64,000 nucleotides of DNA, taken from an uncultured delta proteobacterium (lineage in GTDB: Bacteria; Desulfobacterota; Desulfobacteria; Desulfobacterales; B30-G6). The stretch lies in assembly GCA_963823335.1 (NCBI GenBank), contig CAWGLD010000004.1, forward strand, positions 4,382 through 68,381, given 5' to 3'. Both the position numbers and the translations under genes were made by a program. Below are positions 1 through 10,422 of this stretch, in pieces. The number at the start of each line of letters is the position of its first letter. The stretch's first letter is position 1. The notes beneath the pieces are model-generated. The model saw nothing but the letters and a program-made list of their open reading frames with translations. It ran no database searches and was not told where the DNA came from.

Positions 1-732
1 CCCCATGGTGCCGGCCAGGGCCGTTATCGATATAATGGCAGGCGCCACGTCAATCGCCATCGGGGCAAAGGCATTCACAAAACACCAGGTGGACATACCG
101 GCGCAGATGCACTGTCCCAGTACAACACCAATGCCGCCCATGGCCTGTTTAACGCTAAAACCTGTTTCGATGGGTGTATATCCCATCTTGTTCAACAAAT
201 AATTGCCCGGTTTGATAAATAGATGGGGTCGAACCGCCATGGCACTTGTCAGGATAAAGAAGACGACCATAACTTTGGCAAAAACGGCCATCTCATCGGC
301 CAACGATGAAAACAAAAGCGGCATTGAAAGCAAAAGCGCTACCGCAATCGTCATGATGGTGGCCATGACAGGCACAACAGCGGTGATACTGCGCTGCACA
401 TTGTAACGGGACAGCAGATAAACGGCACTGCCCAAGACAGCGACCTTACCCGGAACGTATTTACCCAAAAAAGATATCCAGCTGATTGCTATCGCCACAA
501 TCATATCAAGCGGTTCATTAAAATATCTTAACAGCAGGCCATAAAGCAGCCCGACAAACAATCTGGTCGCGATCTCAAAAAGCGCGCTCAACCCCAGAAA
601 GCGCACGTCAACATCAAGCTCGTTAAAGCTTACATTTACAATGGCGCCTAAAATCGCCTTGCCGACGAAATAAAGCACGACGGCCAGTAAAAGTACTTTT
701 AAAAGCCGGACCCACAATAGCCTTTTGCCCAT
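1..732 (-). CDS. Polytopic membrane protein, C-terminus cut by window edge (flippase-like / lysyl-PG-synthase TM-region-like family is a guess)
   Basis: Absent from the ORF track because there is no stop in the window. The reverse strand is open from ATG 732..730 to position 1 (244 codons, MGKRLLWVRLLKVLLLAVVLYFVGK...). Very hydrophobic. Co-directional with the two glycosyltransferases. Confidence 0.55.
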   Translation of the reverse strand, partial: MGKRLLWVRLLKVLLLAVVLYFVGKAILGAIVNVSFNELDVDVRFLGLSALFEIATRLFVGLLYGLLLRYFNEPLDMIVAIAISWISFLGKYVPGKVAVLGSAVYLLSRYNVQRSITAVVPVMATIMTIAVALLLSMPLLFSSLADEMAVFAKVMVVFFILTSAMAVRPHLFIKPGNYLLNKMGYTPIETGFSVKQAMGGIGVVLGQCICAGMSTWCFVNAFAPMAIDVAPAIISITALAGTMG

Positions 733-781
733 TTGTATAAGAATTTTTTTACCTTTATTTTTTTAAAACGCCTAAACCTTT

Positions 782-1915
782 TCAAACGGCTATCGCTTTA
801 AAAATAATTTTTTCAATTTGAGCTTTGATAATTTGATTGGACAATCGGCGATGATACAATTTATTTCCTTTTTTCCCGATATCAGCGGCCATCTCCGGGT
901 TCTGCGCCAGTTTTAAAACGGCTTTTGACAAATCGAGCGGGTCGTCTAAATTGACCAGCAGTGCATCGTCGCCATCGGTAAACACTTTTTCACATGCGCG
1001 CGTGCGAGCCGTGATCAGAGGCTTGGCAGAGGCCAAGGACTGATAAGCCTTGTATGGAATAACCCGTTGGGCCTTTTCGGTATTGCCGAACACGCCTAAA
1101 CAACAGCCTGCAGTTTCAACATGTTTGCTGATCTCCGGCAATGGAATAAATCTGTTAATCCACGTTAGGTTTTTCAATTTCAGCTTTTCCAATAACATAG
1201 CGAAGTCTTGTCCGAGTTGTCCGTTGCCGATGACCAGAAACTTTATGTCCGTATGTTTTTCTTCAAGCAGCTTGGCCGCATGTGCCACAACTTCGGCACC
1301 ATGTAATGGGATAAACGTGCTCCAGAAAACCACCTGAAACAGTTTGCCCGAAGGGAAGCTAACAGGTGTCCAGAGTGATTCATCGACACCCACCGGGACC
1401 ACAGTTATCCGTTCGGAATCAATGTTGAAATCGTTTATGAACATTGCCGCGTTATCATCGGTATCCACCAAAACAGAATCAGCCGCCCGCAGCAAGCATT
1501 TTTCATAGTGCCAGATCAATCTGGCCGGCAGACTCGTTTTTTTAATTGTCTTGCGGTCTCGCACAGCCGTATCATAGATGCCGTAAAAAGCATCCAGCAC
1601 CACCGGTTTTTTTCTTAAACCGGCTAACATCAGCACCAGCCAGGCATCGGTGTGGGAGGGGTACGGTACAAAAACCAGATCGTGGGGGGGAAGGGTCAGG
1701 TATTTCAAGCCAAGCCACAGCCATCGCAAAGGTGCATGGACCAAGGCATGGACAATTTTGTTAAGCGGCTTGGCATCGGGGCGGGCAAATCCAAAATTGA
1801 TCGTGCAATAGGAGGTGCGCGAACAAATTTGCGAAAAAGCCCGGCATAAAACCGAATTACGCGCCGCCTCCGGTCCATTGTTGGACAGTCCGAATATCAC
1901 AACATGTTTCATCAC
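782..1915 (-). CDS. Glycosyltransferase, GT1/GT4 (GT-B) family
   Basis: 377-aa ORF. The C-terminal half has the GT-B donor-binding pattern (GVFGNTEKAQRVIPYKAYQSLASAKPLI...DGDDALLV). Confidence 0.8.
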   Translation of the reverse strand: MMKHVVIFGLSNNGPEAARNSVLCRAFSQICSRTSYCTINFGFARPDAKPLNKIVHALVHAPLRWLWLGLKYLTLPPHDLVFVPYPSHTDAWLVLMLAGLRKKPVVLDAFYGIYDTAVRDRKTIKKTSLPARLIWHYEKCLLRAADSVLVDTDDNAAMFINDFNIDSERITVVPVGVDESLWTPVSFPSGKLFQVVFWSTFIPLHGAEVVAHAAKLLEEKHTDIKFLVIGNGQLGQDFAMLLEKLKLKNLTWINRFIPLPEISKHVETAGCCLGVFGNTEKAQRVIPYKAYQSLASAKPLITARTRACEKVFTDGDDALLVNLDDPLDLSKAVLKLAQNPEMAADIGKKGNKLYHRRLSNQIIKAQIEKIIFKAIAV

Positions 1916-2042
1916 AAATCGCTTTCACTACCAGACCCCAAATAGCTGAGGTACGGAATTTTTATTGCTGGCATCACCACATGCTAACGTTCATGCTTAT
2001 TGAGATGTTGCATTGTCATGACATATTTCCCTGTGTTTATTA

Positions 2043-2891
2043 CTATTTATCAAATCGCATCTGGCAGATCTGCTCCGAAATAAGCCCCAGCATAAAAATT
2101 AGAATAGAGGTGGTAAATAAAAGCATGCTCATGTTGGTAAAACGGCCCTGTGTAAAAAAAGTATAGCCATAATAGCATAACCCCATCAAAAACATGACAA
2201 AACTGGCCGGAAGAAAAATCCGAAGGGGGGAGTAGAGTGTGCAGATTTTGACAATCACCATAATGAAATTGACACCATCCTTCAAGATATTGATATTGCT
2301 CCTTCCTTTATTTCGTTGGTGAACGGGTACAGGTAGGTATTTCACGCTTCTTCCCGTTCTGAGAACACCCAATGTCAAGGTGGTGGGATAGGAATAAGTG
2401 TTTGGCAGCAAATATAAAAATTCTCTCGCGACATCTGCCTTTAGGGCCCTGAACCCAGATGTCAGATCTTTAATTTTAAATTTTGCAACATAAGAGGCCA
2501 GTTTGTTGTACAGTGAGTTACCAAAAGCCCGCAGCCATGAGGCATGGCTCTTCAGTGTCCTTTCACCGACGACCATGTCAAATTCCGAAAGAAATTTCAC
2601 CATTGGTTCAATATCCCGGGGGTCGTGCTGGCCATCCCCATCCATAAAGACAAGATATTGAGCTCGGGATATCCGGATACCGGTTTTTACTGCTGCGCCA
2701 TTCCCTATATTGTACGGATGGGAATGCACCTGGGCACCGGCGTTTTTTGCAAGGTCAGCAGTCTTATCCGTGGAACCATCATCCACCACAATTATGTGGT
2801 AGTCGGGGTAGATGTCACGTATTTTTCTTACGATATTGCCAATAGAGTGTTCTTCATTGTACGCTGGAATAATAATAGAAACTGGGTGCAT
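2043..2891 (-). CDS. Glycosyltransferase family 2 (polyprenol-phosphate sugar transferase-like) with C-terminal TM helices
   Basis: IIIPAYNEE, VVDDGSTDKT and DGDGQHDP (DXD) motifs. Two C-terminal hydrophobic helices. Confidence 0.85.
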   Translation of the reverse strand: MHPVSIIIPAYNEEHSIGNIVRKIRDIYPDYHIIVVDDGSTDKTADLAKNAGAQVHSHPYNIGNGAAVKTGIRISRAQYLVFMDGDGQHDPRDIEPMVKFLSEFDMVVGERTLKSHASWLRAFGNSLYNKLASYVAKFKIKDLTSGFRALKADVAREFLYLLPNTYSYPTTLTLGVLRTGRSVKYLPVPVHQRNKGRSNINILKDGVNFIMVIVKICTLYSPLRIFLPASFVMFLMGLCYYGYTFFTQGRFTNMSMLLFTTSILIFMLGLISEQICQMRFDK

Positions 2892-3269
2892 AGTGTTATT
2901 TTAACCTGTTGGGGAAGATGATTTATGTTGATTTGTGACAGCTTCTTGCGTCACGGCTTTTGATTCGATGAATAGTAGCATTAATAGGCAATACATGCAA
3001 GCTGCACAAAGCTACGGGAACGACCATCCTCGAAGCGGGTTGCGAGGTTCTTCAATTCTCCGATGGTAATGAGTTAAAAAAACTATTTGTGCATTCAGCA
3101 GGTCTCTGCCTTAAAAAATGAATCCTGGTATTGATAATGGGTATCAGGTTATGATAGCATAGTGAATTCAGCGTGATCGACTCAGATAATAAGCTGGGAA
3201 ATGTAAATTCTTCAATAATTTCCGGGAAGGACAAGGCGGTACTTTCAAGGGGTTGAACAATGTCGAAGG

Positions 3270-3346
<77 letters not shown>

Positions 3347-3453
3347 ACAAGGGGTGGATTGAAAGCTCGACCGGTGCATAACATATGTTGAAATTCATGT
3401 CCATATAAATCCGTGCCAAAAGGAACCGGGCCGGAGTTACAAACAAATCACAG

Positions 3454-4461
3454 GTGATTGCCGACGTGACAAAAAAAAATAAATCTTCGAAAAAACCGCC
3501 AAAAAGGGCTACCCCTGATAAAAGGACTGCCAAAGAGTCTAAATCAACAATGAATACAAACGCAAAAAAGGATGCATCCGCTGAAAAATCGGTGGTCAAG
3601 TATGATCCGCTCCAGCGCTATCTGAATGAAATCAGTCAATATAATTTATTGACACGGGATGAAGAAAGAGAACTCGGCGCCCTGGTTCAGGAACACGGTG
3701 ACTCAAAAGCTGCTTACAGACTGGTAACTTCGAACCTCCGTCTGGTGGTTAAAATTGCATTGGAATTCCAAAGGGTCTGGATGCAGAATCTTCTGGACCT
3801 GATTCAGGAAGGCAACATCGGGCTCATGCAGGCAGTTAAAAAATTCGACCCTTATAAAAATGTAAAGTTTTCCTATTATGCGTCGTTCTGGATCAAAGCC
3901 TATATTTTAAAGTTCATCATGGACAACTGGCGCCTTGTTAAAATCGGAACGACCCAGGGACAACGAAAACTTTTTTTCAAACTGAAAAAAGAGAAGCAGC
4001 GGCTGATAGATGAAGGTTTCGATCCCAAACCGAAACTGCTTTCAGAGAAACTGGGTGTGTCTGAACGTGAAATCGTCGACATGGATCAACGTCTGAACGG
4101 TTGGGATGTGTCGCTGGATGCACCCCTGAAAGACGATTCCGATACCGAACGGATCGAGTTTCTGAGTACGGAAACAGCTTCCATCGAAGACAACGTAGCC
4201 AAAAAGGAGATGGAATTTCTGTTGCATGCCAAAATCGCGGAATTCAGGAAAAAAATGACCAAGCGTGAACTCGAAATATTCGATCAGCGCATTTTTTCTG
4301 ATAGCCCGGTAACGTTACAGGAAATCGGGGATCGATACGGCATATCCAGAGAAAGGGTTCGCCAGGTCGAAAAAAGTGTTGTCAAAAAAATGAGAGAGTT
4401 TTTCAAAAAAGAAATACCTGATTTCGACGTATACGCATATACGAACAGTCCTGAGACATGA
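3454..4461 (+). CDS. rpoH: RNA polymerase sigma-32-type factor (RpoH-like) with lysine-rich N-terminal extension
   Basis: RpoH-box-like QRKLFFKLKKEKQRL. Region 2 is LIQEGNIGLMQAVKKFDP...FWIKAYI; region 4.2 is LQEIGDRYGISRERVRQVE. The annotated start is GTG, and an internal ATG at 3550 is also possible. Confidence 0.85.
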   Translation: MIADVTKKNKSSKKPPKRATPDKRTAKESKSTMNTNAKKDASAEKSVVKYDPLQRYLNEISQYNLLTRDEERELGALVQEHGDSKAAYRLVTSNLRLVVKIALEFQRVWMQNLLDLIQEGNIGLMQAVKKFDPYKNVKFSYYASFWIKAYILKFIMDNWRLVKIGTTQGQRKLFFKLKKEKQRLIDEGFDPKPKLLSEKLGVSEREIVDMDQRLNGWDVSLDAPLKDDSDTERIEFLSTETASIEDNVAKKEMEFLLHAKIAEFRKKMTKRELEIFDQRIFSDSPVTLQEIGDRYGISRERVRQVEKSVVKKMREFFKKEIPDFDVYAYTNSPET

Positions 4462-6173
4462 TGAAGCTATATTTCCCCCGCCAATTGACGGCCGCAATAC
4501 TGACAATGTCCATTCTTGCCTGCGTACCAGCTGTTTCCAATGCACCACATGGAGGACTTGCGCCCGAAGACGTCTCCTTACGGATGGATAACAGTTATTA
4601 TTATTTTACCGAGGCACAACTGGCACTCAAGAAGGGCCAGGTGGATCACGCCATTCAGCTTCTTCAGAAAGCCACCGAGATCGACCCCGGATCGGTTTTT
4701 CTTTATCAGGAGCTCGCTTCTCTCTATCTGAGTCAAAAAAAGACCACGGAAGCCTTGCTCGCCCTTGAAAAAGGGCTTGCCATGAACCCGGATCATGTGG
4801 AAGCGCTTATACTTTACGGCAATATCAACCACACCCTCAAGCAGTTGGACAAAGCAAAGCAGGCCTATAAGAGGGCCATCGAATTAGCCCCGCAAAAGGA
4901 AGAACGGGTATATTTACTCCTGGGAGGTATCCTGATGGAGGAGGGTGAGCTCGACGACGCCTTTGATCTCTACCAGCAGTTAGTGGAATTATTTCCAGCA
5001 TCGTTTGCCGGCCATTTCTTTTTAGGAAAAATCCATGCTGAACAGGGTCGTTCCGATGAAGCGGAGGCCGCCTTCACCAGAGCGCTTGAACTGGAACCGG
5101 ATCTTGAAGAAGGCCGTTTCGAACTGCTCAAAATCTACCAGGCCGAAGGCGACAACGAAAAGGTACGTACCCTTTATCTGGAACTGCTCGATAATAATCC
5201 GAACAATACACACGCTGCCATGGAACTGGGTCTTTTCTATCAGAACAACGGGTTCATGGAAGAGGGTGAAATTCTGTTGAAAGATCTTGGTCTAAGAAGT
5301 GAACAGGATCCGGAGATCATCAGAAAGATTGTTCAGCTCTATATCGACCCCAAACAATACGACGATGCCATTGTCATACTCGAAGGCATGCTGAAGGGCA
5401 TGCCGGGCAACTCGGATTTACAATACCTGGCAGGGGTTTCCTACGATGGAAAAGGGGATGACGACAAAGCCATGGCGTATTTTAAGATGGTCACACCCGG
5501 CAACCGGTTCTATGAGAATGCCGTTGTGCACATCTCGATCCTTTATCAGGAGCAAGAAAAAATAACGGAGGCTATCGCCTACCTCAAGACAGCCATCGAG
5601 CATTACCCCGACAGCCCTGAATTCCTGCTTTATTTAGGATCTTTTTATGAAGAGATCGAGGCTTACGGTGACGCGGAAACGGCATTGAAAAAAGGTCTGG
5701 AGATCGACCCTGGTCATGCCCGGATTCAATTCCGACTGGGTGTCGTATATGACAAGTGGGGCAAGAAATCAGATTCCATCACTCATATGCGAAAGGTTAT
5801 CGCCCTGGAGCCTGAAAACGCCAATGCCTTGAATTACCTGGGATACACCTATGCCGATATGGGTGAAAATCTGGATGAAGCAGAATCCCTGATCCGCGAA
5901 GCATTGAAATTTAAACCCGATGACGGTTATATCACCGACAGTCTGGGCTGGGTTCTCTACAAAAAAGGTCTTTTTCAGGAAGCATTGATATATCTCGAAA
6001 AAGCTGTGAAACTGACCTCGGATGACCCCATTATCCTGGAGCATCTGGGTGACGTCTATTTACAAATCCATGACAAGGAAAATGCTTTAAAATATTACCA
6101 AGAGTCACTGCAAAAGAAAACCGAGGACACTGAAATTCTCGAGAATAAAATCAGTGATCTCCTGGAGCCGTGA
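4458..6173 (+). CDS. TPR-repeat protein with N-terminal signal/anchor
   Basis: 571 aa with many 34-aa TPR-like repeats (A..Y..AL...P....A...LG). ATGA overlap with the rpoH stop. Confidence 0.8.
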   Translation: MMKLYFPRQLTAAILTMSILACVPAVSNAPHGGLAPEDVSLRMDNSYYYFTEAQLALKKGQVDHAIQLLQKATEIDPGSVFLYQELASLYLSQKKTTEALLALEKGLAMNPDHVEALILYGNINHTLKQLDKAKQAYKRAIELAPQKEERVYLLLGGILMEEGELDDAFDLYQQLVELFPASFAGHFFLGKIHAEQGRSDEAEAAFTRALELEPDLEEGRFELLKIYQAEGDNEKVRTLYLELLDNNPNNTHAAMELGLFYQNNGFMEEGEILLKDLGLRSEQDPEIIRKIVQLYIDPKQYDDAIVILEGMLKGMPGNSDLQYLAGVSYDGKGDDDKAMAYFKMVTPGNRFYENAVVHISILYQEQEKITEAIAYLKTAIEHYPDSPEFLLYLGSFYEEIEAYGDAETALKKGLEIDPGHARIQFRLGVVYDKWGKKSDSITHMRKVIALEPENANALNYLGYTYADMGENLDEAESLIREALKFKPDDGYITDSLGWVLYKKGLFQEALIYLEKAVKLTSDDPIILEHLGDVYLQIHDKENALKYYQESLQKKTEDTEILENKISDLLEP

Positions 6174-6234
6174 TCTGCGCCGTGCAGAAAAGGTGCCTTC
6201 GGAAATTCGATTGTCTTTCGAATGAAATCCCCTC

Positions 6235-7026
6235 ATGATGAAACAATTCTTAGCCACATGCAGTGCCGTTCTTTTTATTCTCTCAGGATGTGCAGGACTA
6301 AAGGACCCGGGTGCGATAAAACCGATACAACCGGAATCGATACCGGGTCAAGAAATTGATCCGGCATCCGTTTTTGCCGATCTTGAGCAGACCAATTCCC
6401 GACTCGTCTCTTTTAAAGGTATTGGAAGGATCAAACTATGGAAACCTGATGGCCTGCAGAGCACACGGGTCGTATGGGCCGGATATCAATCGGAAAAGCT
6501 GCGACTGGAAATACTGGGTGTCGGCGGAAGGCCTTTTTCGAGTATTGTCTATGACGGCAGCCGACTTTATCTATCTCTCCATTCAGAACGCCGTTTCTAT
6601 CAAAAAATGACACGTCAGGCAGACCTCAGCCGTCTCATATCACTGCCGGTAACGGTCCATGATGTTCTTTGCATACTTGCCGGTCGTGTGCCACTCCTGA
6701 AGAATGCCACCCTGACCCTTGAAAGTGAATCCATCGGAAACCGCTATGTCCTTATTTTAAGAAAAGGATGGTTAAAAAAACGAACAGGAAAAATTTACCT
6801 GCTCGAAGACATGAAAACAGTCTGGAAATACGAGCTGTTTCAGGGAACGGATACACTTCTGTATCGGGTTGAATTTTTACGTCGCAAGCCATACGGTGAA
6901 TATCAACTCCCGGATATCCTGTTGTTTTCCAATGACCTGCAGACCAAAATCCGCATCGACGTCGACAACATATGGCCTGATGCAAATTTGCCATCCTCTG
7001 TTTTTGTACTCAAACCGCCGGAATAA
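6235..7026 (+). CDS. Lipoprotein, LolB-like/DUF4292-like
   Basis: Lipobox LSGCAG. Size and beta-rich composition fit. The family assignment is from memory of neighbours of TPR genes, not verified. Confidence 0.5.
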   Translation: MMKQFLATCSAVLFILSGCAGLKDPGAIKPIQPESIPGQEIDPASVFADLEQTNSRLVSFKGIGRIKLWKPDGLQSTRVVWAGYQSEKLRLEILGVGGRPFSSIVYDGSRLYLSLHSERRFYQKMTRQADLSRLISLPVTVHDVLCILAGRVPLLKNATLTLESESIGNRYVLILRKGWLKKRTGKIYLLEDMKTVWKYELFQGTDTLLYRVEFLRRKPYGEYQLPDILLFSNDLQTKIRIDVDNIWPDANLPSSVFVLKPPE

Positions 7027-7029
7027 TCG

Positions 7030-7812
7030 ATGAATGAAGCCAGGCACATAGCTTTAGAATCACGTCTCTCTCACTGTGAAAATGTTATCACCCTCGGTGT
7101 TAAACCTAACCTGGAGGATTATTCCAGCGAGGCTATGGCGCTGATTCGAAATGCAAATAAAATATATTATCCGTCCTCCTTTCATGCGGAACTGTTCCAC
7201 GCCATGGGTAAGGAAACATTTCCCAGTCCTCATAACTATTCGTTTGCACAAGATAAAATAAAACAGACCGCGCTGTTCAAACTACTGAATATTCCCCACC
7301 CCCGTACCAGGGTTTTTTATGGAAAACATCAAAAAACCTCGATTTTAAAACACTTTCAATTTCCTTTCATCGCAAAAATCCCGCGGGGATCTGCCATGGG
7401 GCGCGGTGTTTTTCTGATACAGAACCAGACTGACTGCCATCGCTATCTGTCCCTGGACACCCCCGCCTATATCCAGGAATATCTGTCCCTGGACCGCGAT
7501 ATACGGGTTGTGGTAATCGGCAAGGAAGTTGCACACGCTTACTGGCGGATCGCTGCCAAAGGTGAGTTTAGAAGCAACGTTGCCGCAGGCGCCAGCATCA
7601 GCCTTGAGCCCGTTCCCAGAGAAGCACACGCCCTGGCACTGCAGACTGCTCAAGCATGTCGCTGGAATGACGTGGGTATCGATATCTGCTCCCACAACGG
7701 GAAATTATTTGTCCTGGAAGCCAATATGAAGTATGGAAAAGAAGGATTTAGAGCCGCAGGCATGGATTATGTGAACATGATGGCACACAAGATCGCTAAC
7801 GGCGCCATATAG
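7030..7812 (+). CDS. ATP-grasp ligase (RimK-like)
   Basis: 260 aa. Pattern FPFIAKIPRGSAMGRGVFL...IQEYL...DIRVVVIG...WRI...FRSNVA.G is typical of the ATP-grasp fold. Confidence 0.75.
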   Translation: MNEARHIALESRLSHCENVITLGVKPNLEDYSSEAMALIRNANKIYYPSSFHAELFHAMGKETFPSPHNYSFAQDKIKQTALFKLLNIPHPRTRVFYGKHQKTSILKHFQFPFIAKIPRGSAMGRGVFLIQNQTDCHRYLSLDTPAYIQEYLSLDRDIRVVVIGKEVAHAYWRIAAKGEFRSNVAAGASISLEPVPREAHALALQTAQACRWNDVGIDICSHNGKLFVLEANMKYGKEGFRAAGMDYVNMMAHKIANGAI

Positions 7813-7816
7813 AGAA

Positions 7817-7860
7817 GGGTTCAAGGGTCCCGGGGGAGGGTGATACAAGGGTTCGAGGGT
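7817..7860 (+). repeat. G-tract module, family A copy 1 (GGGTTCAAGGGTCC..AGGGTGATACAAGGGTTCGAGGGT)
   Basis: Starts 5 nt after the stop at 7812. Near-identical copies at 20002-20040 and 37097-37135. Confidence 0.85.
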
Positions 7861-7905
7861 AGCTGACAGCTATCAGCGGCTTATCCGAACTGGGAGGAAA
7901 AATAT

Positions 7906-9087
7906 TTGAAGAAAATCAGAAATATGATGCGTGCCTTGAATGAAACCGAAACCGAAAGGTTTTCATCCACGGCAACAAAAAGCGGTCAGGGAATCAGACG
8001 CCGCCATGAGGCGCGGCTTGATTCTGACTACCGGCAACCCTTTTCTCTGGACGTGGATAGAATCCTGCACTCCCGGGCGTATGCCCGCTATATTGACAAA
8101 ACCCAGGTTTTCTACCTGATACAGAATGACCACATCACCCACCGTGTTCTGCACGTTCAGCTGGTATCCAAAATTGCCCGTACTGTTGGCCGGTTTTTAA
8201 GATTAAACGAAGACCTTATTGAAGCCATCGCCCTGGGTCACGATATTGGCCATACACCCTTTGGTCATGATGGCGAACGGTTCCTTTCGGATATCTGTCA
8301 TGCCAACGGCATTGGCCATTTTTTGCACAACATTCAGAGCGTCCAGTTTCTTGACCGGGTGGAACGATCTGGAAAAGGGTGGAATCTGTGTCTGCAAACC
8401 TTGGATGGGATCCTCTGCCACGATGGCGAAATACATAATATGTTACTTGAACCTATAGTAGATAAGACATTTGAATTACATGATATAGAAATATCAAACA
8501 AAAAGAAAGATCCCGACTATTCCCTAACGCCCATGACCATGGAGGGATGTGTGGTCAGGATGGCTGACACCATCAGCTATATCGGCCGGGATATTGAAGA
8601 TGCAATTCGTCTGGGGGTTATCCGACGGACTGATCTGCCGCATAATTGTGTTCAGCGCTTAGGAGACACCAACGGAACGATTGTTTACAGCCTCGTCACC
8701 GATGTCATTGAAAACAGCTTCCATCAACCGCACATAAGCTTCAGCAGACCCGTTTCCGAGGCCTTGAAAGAACTCAAACAATTCAACCTCGAAAGAATCT
8801 ATCTCAGCCCTCTGGTTAAAAAACATTATGAAGATATCAAATCCTTGTTCCATCTTCTGTTTGAACGGTTTTTATATGATGTAAAGAATGACAACAAGAA
8901 TTCAATCATTTTTTCAGCGTTCCTGGAAAATAAATCAGATGTCTACGTGGCTTCCCATCGATCCGAAGAGGTCGTAAGAGATTTCATTTCCGGCATGACG
9001 GATCGTTTTTTTCTCCGTCTGTGCCCTGACAAGATAAAACCCCTCATGAAAACCAATATCTTGGAATCTTATTGGGAAAACGGTTAG
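7906..9087 (+). CDS. HD-domain dGTP triphosphohydrolase-like protein
   Basis: HD motif region THRVLHVQLV...LGHDIGHTPFGHDGE. TTG start with GGGAGG 8 nt upstream. Confidence 0.8.
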   Translation: MKKIRNMMRALNETETERFSSTATKSGQGIRRRHEARLDSDYRQPFSLDVDRILHSRAYARYIDKTQVFYLIQNDHITHRVLHVQLVSKIARTVGRFLRLNEDLIEAIALGHDIGHTPFGHDGERFLSDICHANGIGHFLHNIQSVQFLDRVERSGKGWNLCLQTLDGILCHDGEIHNMLLEPIVDKTFELHDIEISNKKKDPDYSLTPMTMEGCVVRMADTISYIGRDIEDAIRLGVIRRTDLPHNCVQRLGDTNGTIVYSLVTDVIENSFHQPHISFSRPVSEALKELKQFNLERIYLSPLVKKHYEDIKSLFHLLFERFLYDVKNDNKNSIIFSAFLENKSDVYVASHRSEEVVRDFISGMTDRFFLRLCPDKIKPLMKTNILESYWENG

Positions 9088-9098
9088 CTATCTATTCC

Positions 9099-9836
9099 AT
9101 GCACCAGGAACGCACATATCGTAATCAACTATACCATGAGCGCTTGTGTTCTTTTCGAACCATCGTGAAAGAAACAGACCTGTTTATTCAGACCTGCATG
9201 AACCTGGATTCCGAGGCAAAAGAATCCATACTGTCGCACAGGGGCTGTATTGAATCTTTTGTCCAACAGCGTCCTGATTTCCTGACATCCCTGGTGCCCC
9301 TGCAAATCTCCAGTCCGGTTCCGGACATCATCGCGGACATGATGAACGCCGCCAACCGGTCCGGGGTCGGCCCCATGGCAGCCGTTGCCGGTGCTATCGC
9401 GGAACGTGTCGGTCATGACCTGCTGAAATTTTCAGGGGAAGTGATCATAGAAAACGGTGGAGATATCTTCATTCGAACCAACAAGCCTGTGACCATCGGG
9501 ATCTTTGCCAACCGCTCGCCATTGAGTATGCGCATCGGTCTTAAAATCGATAGCCATGATCGCCCCATGGCCGTTTGCACCTCTTCTGGAACCGTAGGTC
9601 ACTCCCTCAGCTTTGGTACAGCCGATGCCGTGACCGTGGTTTCGCGATCATGCTCGCTGGCCGACGCAGCCGCTACCGCTATCGCAAACCGGGTGAAACA
9701 AAAAGCAGATCTGAAGGATGCTATATCTTTTGCTAAAAATATCAAAGGGGTAAAAGGATTGATTGTCATTAAAAATGATAACGCAGGCATGTGGGGCGAT
9801 CTGGATGTTGTACAGCTTAAACAAAATAATGGTTGA
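9099..9836 (+). CDS. UPF0280/ApbE-like family protein
   Basis: The track ORF starts at TTG 9072 inside the upstream gene. ATG 9099 lies just after that gene's stop. Family assigned by overall resemblance only. Confidence 0.55.
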   Translation: MHQERTYRNQLYHERLCSFRTIVKETDLFIQTCMNLDSEAKESILSHRGCIESFVQQRPDFLTSLVPLQISSPVPDIIADMMNAANRSGVGPMAAVAGAIAERVGHDLLKFSGEVIIENGGDIFIRTNKPVTIGIFANRSPLSMRIGLKIDSHDRPMAVCTSSGTVGHSLSFGTADAVTVVSRSCSLADAAATAIANRVKQKADLKDAISFAKNIKGVKGLIVIKNDNAGMWGDLDVVQLKQNNG

Positions 9837-9886
9837 GTTTTAACCGTTTAAAAGGTAATAAACACACATGATAACATCCAATATAA

Positions 9887-10396
9887 ATGGCAACGGACGA
9901 TAAATTGAAGACGATGTGGGCACCTTGGCGCATGGAATACATCCTTGGAGACAAGGAGAAATCCTGTATCTTCTGCGATGCTCTGGATAAAAAAGATGAC
10001 TTGACGCTCTATAAAGGATCGACAACCCTGGTTGTTATGAACAAATTTCCATACATCAATGGTCATCTTCTGGTTGCGCCCGTAAGACATCTCGCATCCC
10101 TGGATCAGCTGAATCACATGGAGATGAGGGATCTGCTGCTCACCGTGGAGCGAGCCATTGATAATCTCAAGCAGCAGATGGCACCGGATGGATTCAATGT
10201 GGGCCTGAATCTGGGGCGGGTGGCAGGTGCCGGCGTGGAAGAGCATCTTCACTTTCATATTGTACCAAGGTGGTTCGGCGACGTGAACGCCCTGGCCGTT
10301 TTTGCTGATGTGCGTGTGATACCCGAACATTTGCAGGCCACCTACCAGAGCTTGAAGCCGCTCTTTAAAAGGCTTCCCGAAAACATCTGTCAATGA
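9887..10396 (+). CDS. HIT-family nucleotide hydrolase/transferase
   Basis: Histidine-triad motif EHLHFHIVPR. Also NKFPYINGHLLV. Confidence 0.85.
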   Translation: MATDDKLKTMWAPWRMEYILGDKEKSCIFCDALDKKDDLTLYKGSTTLVVMNKFPYINGHLLVAPVRHLASLDQLNHMEMRDLLLTVERAIDNLKQQMAPDGFNVGLNLGRVAGAGVEEHLHFHIVPRWFGDVNALAVFADVRVIPEHLQATYQSLKPLFKRLPENICQ

Positions 10397-10422
10397 ATTA
10401 TCTTCAAACAGGGAGATTAGAA

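Noticed and set aside
5-406. Two plus-strand ORFs at the left edge
   Set aside because: They are antisense to an uninterrupted 244-codon hydrophobic reading frame that starts at 732 and runs off the window.
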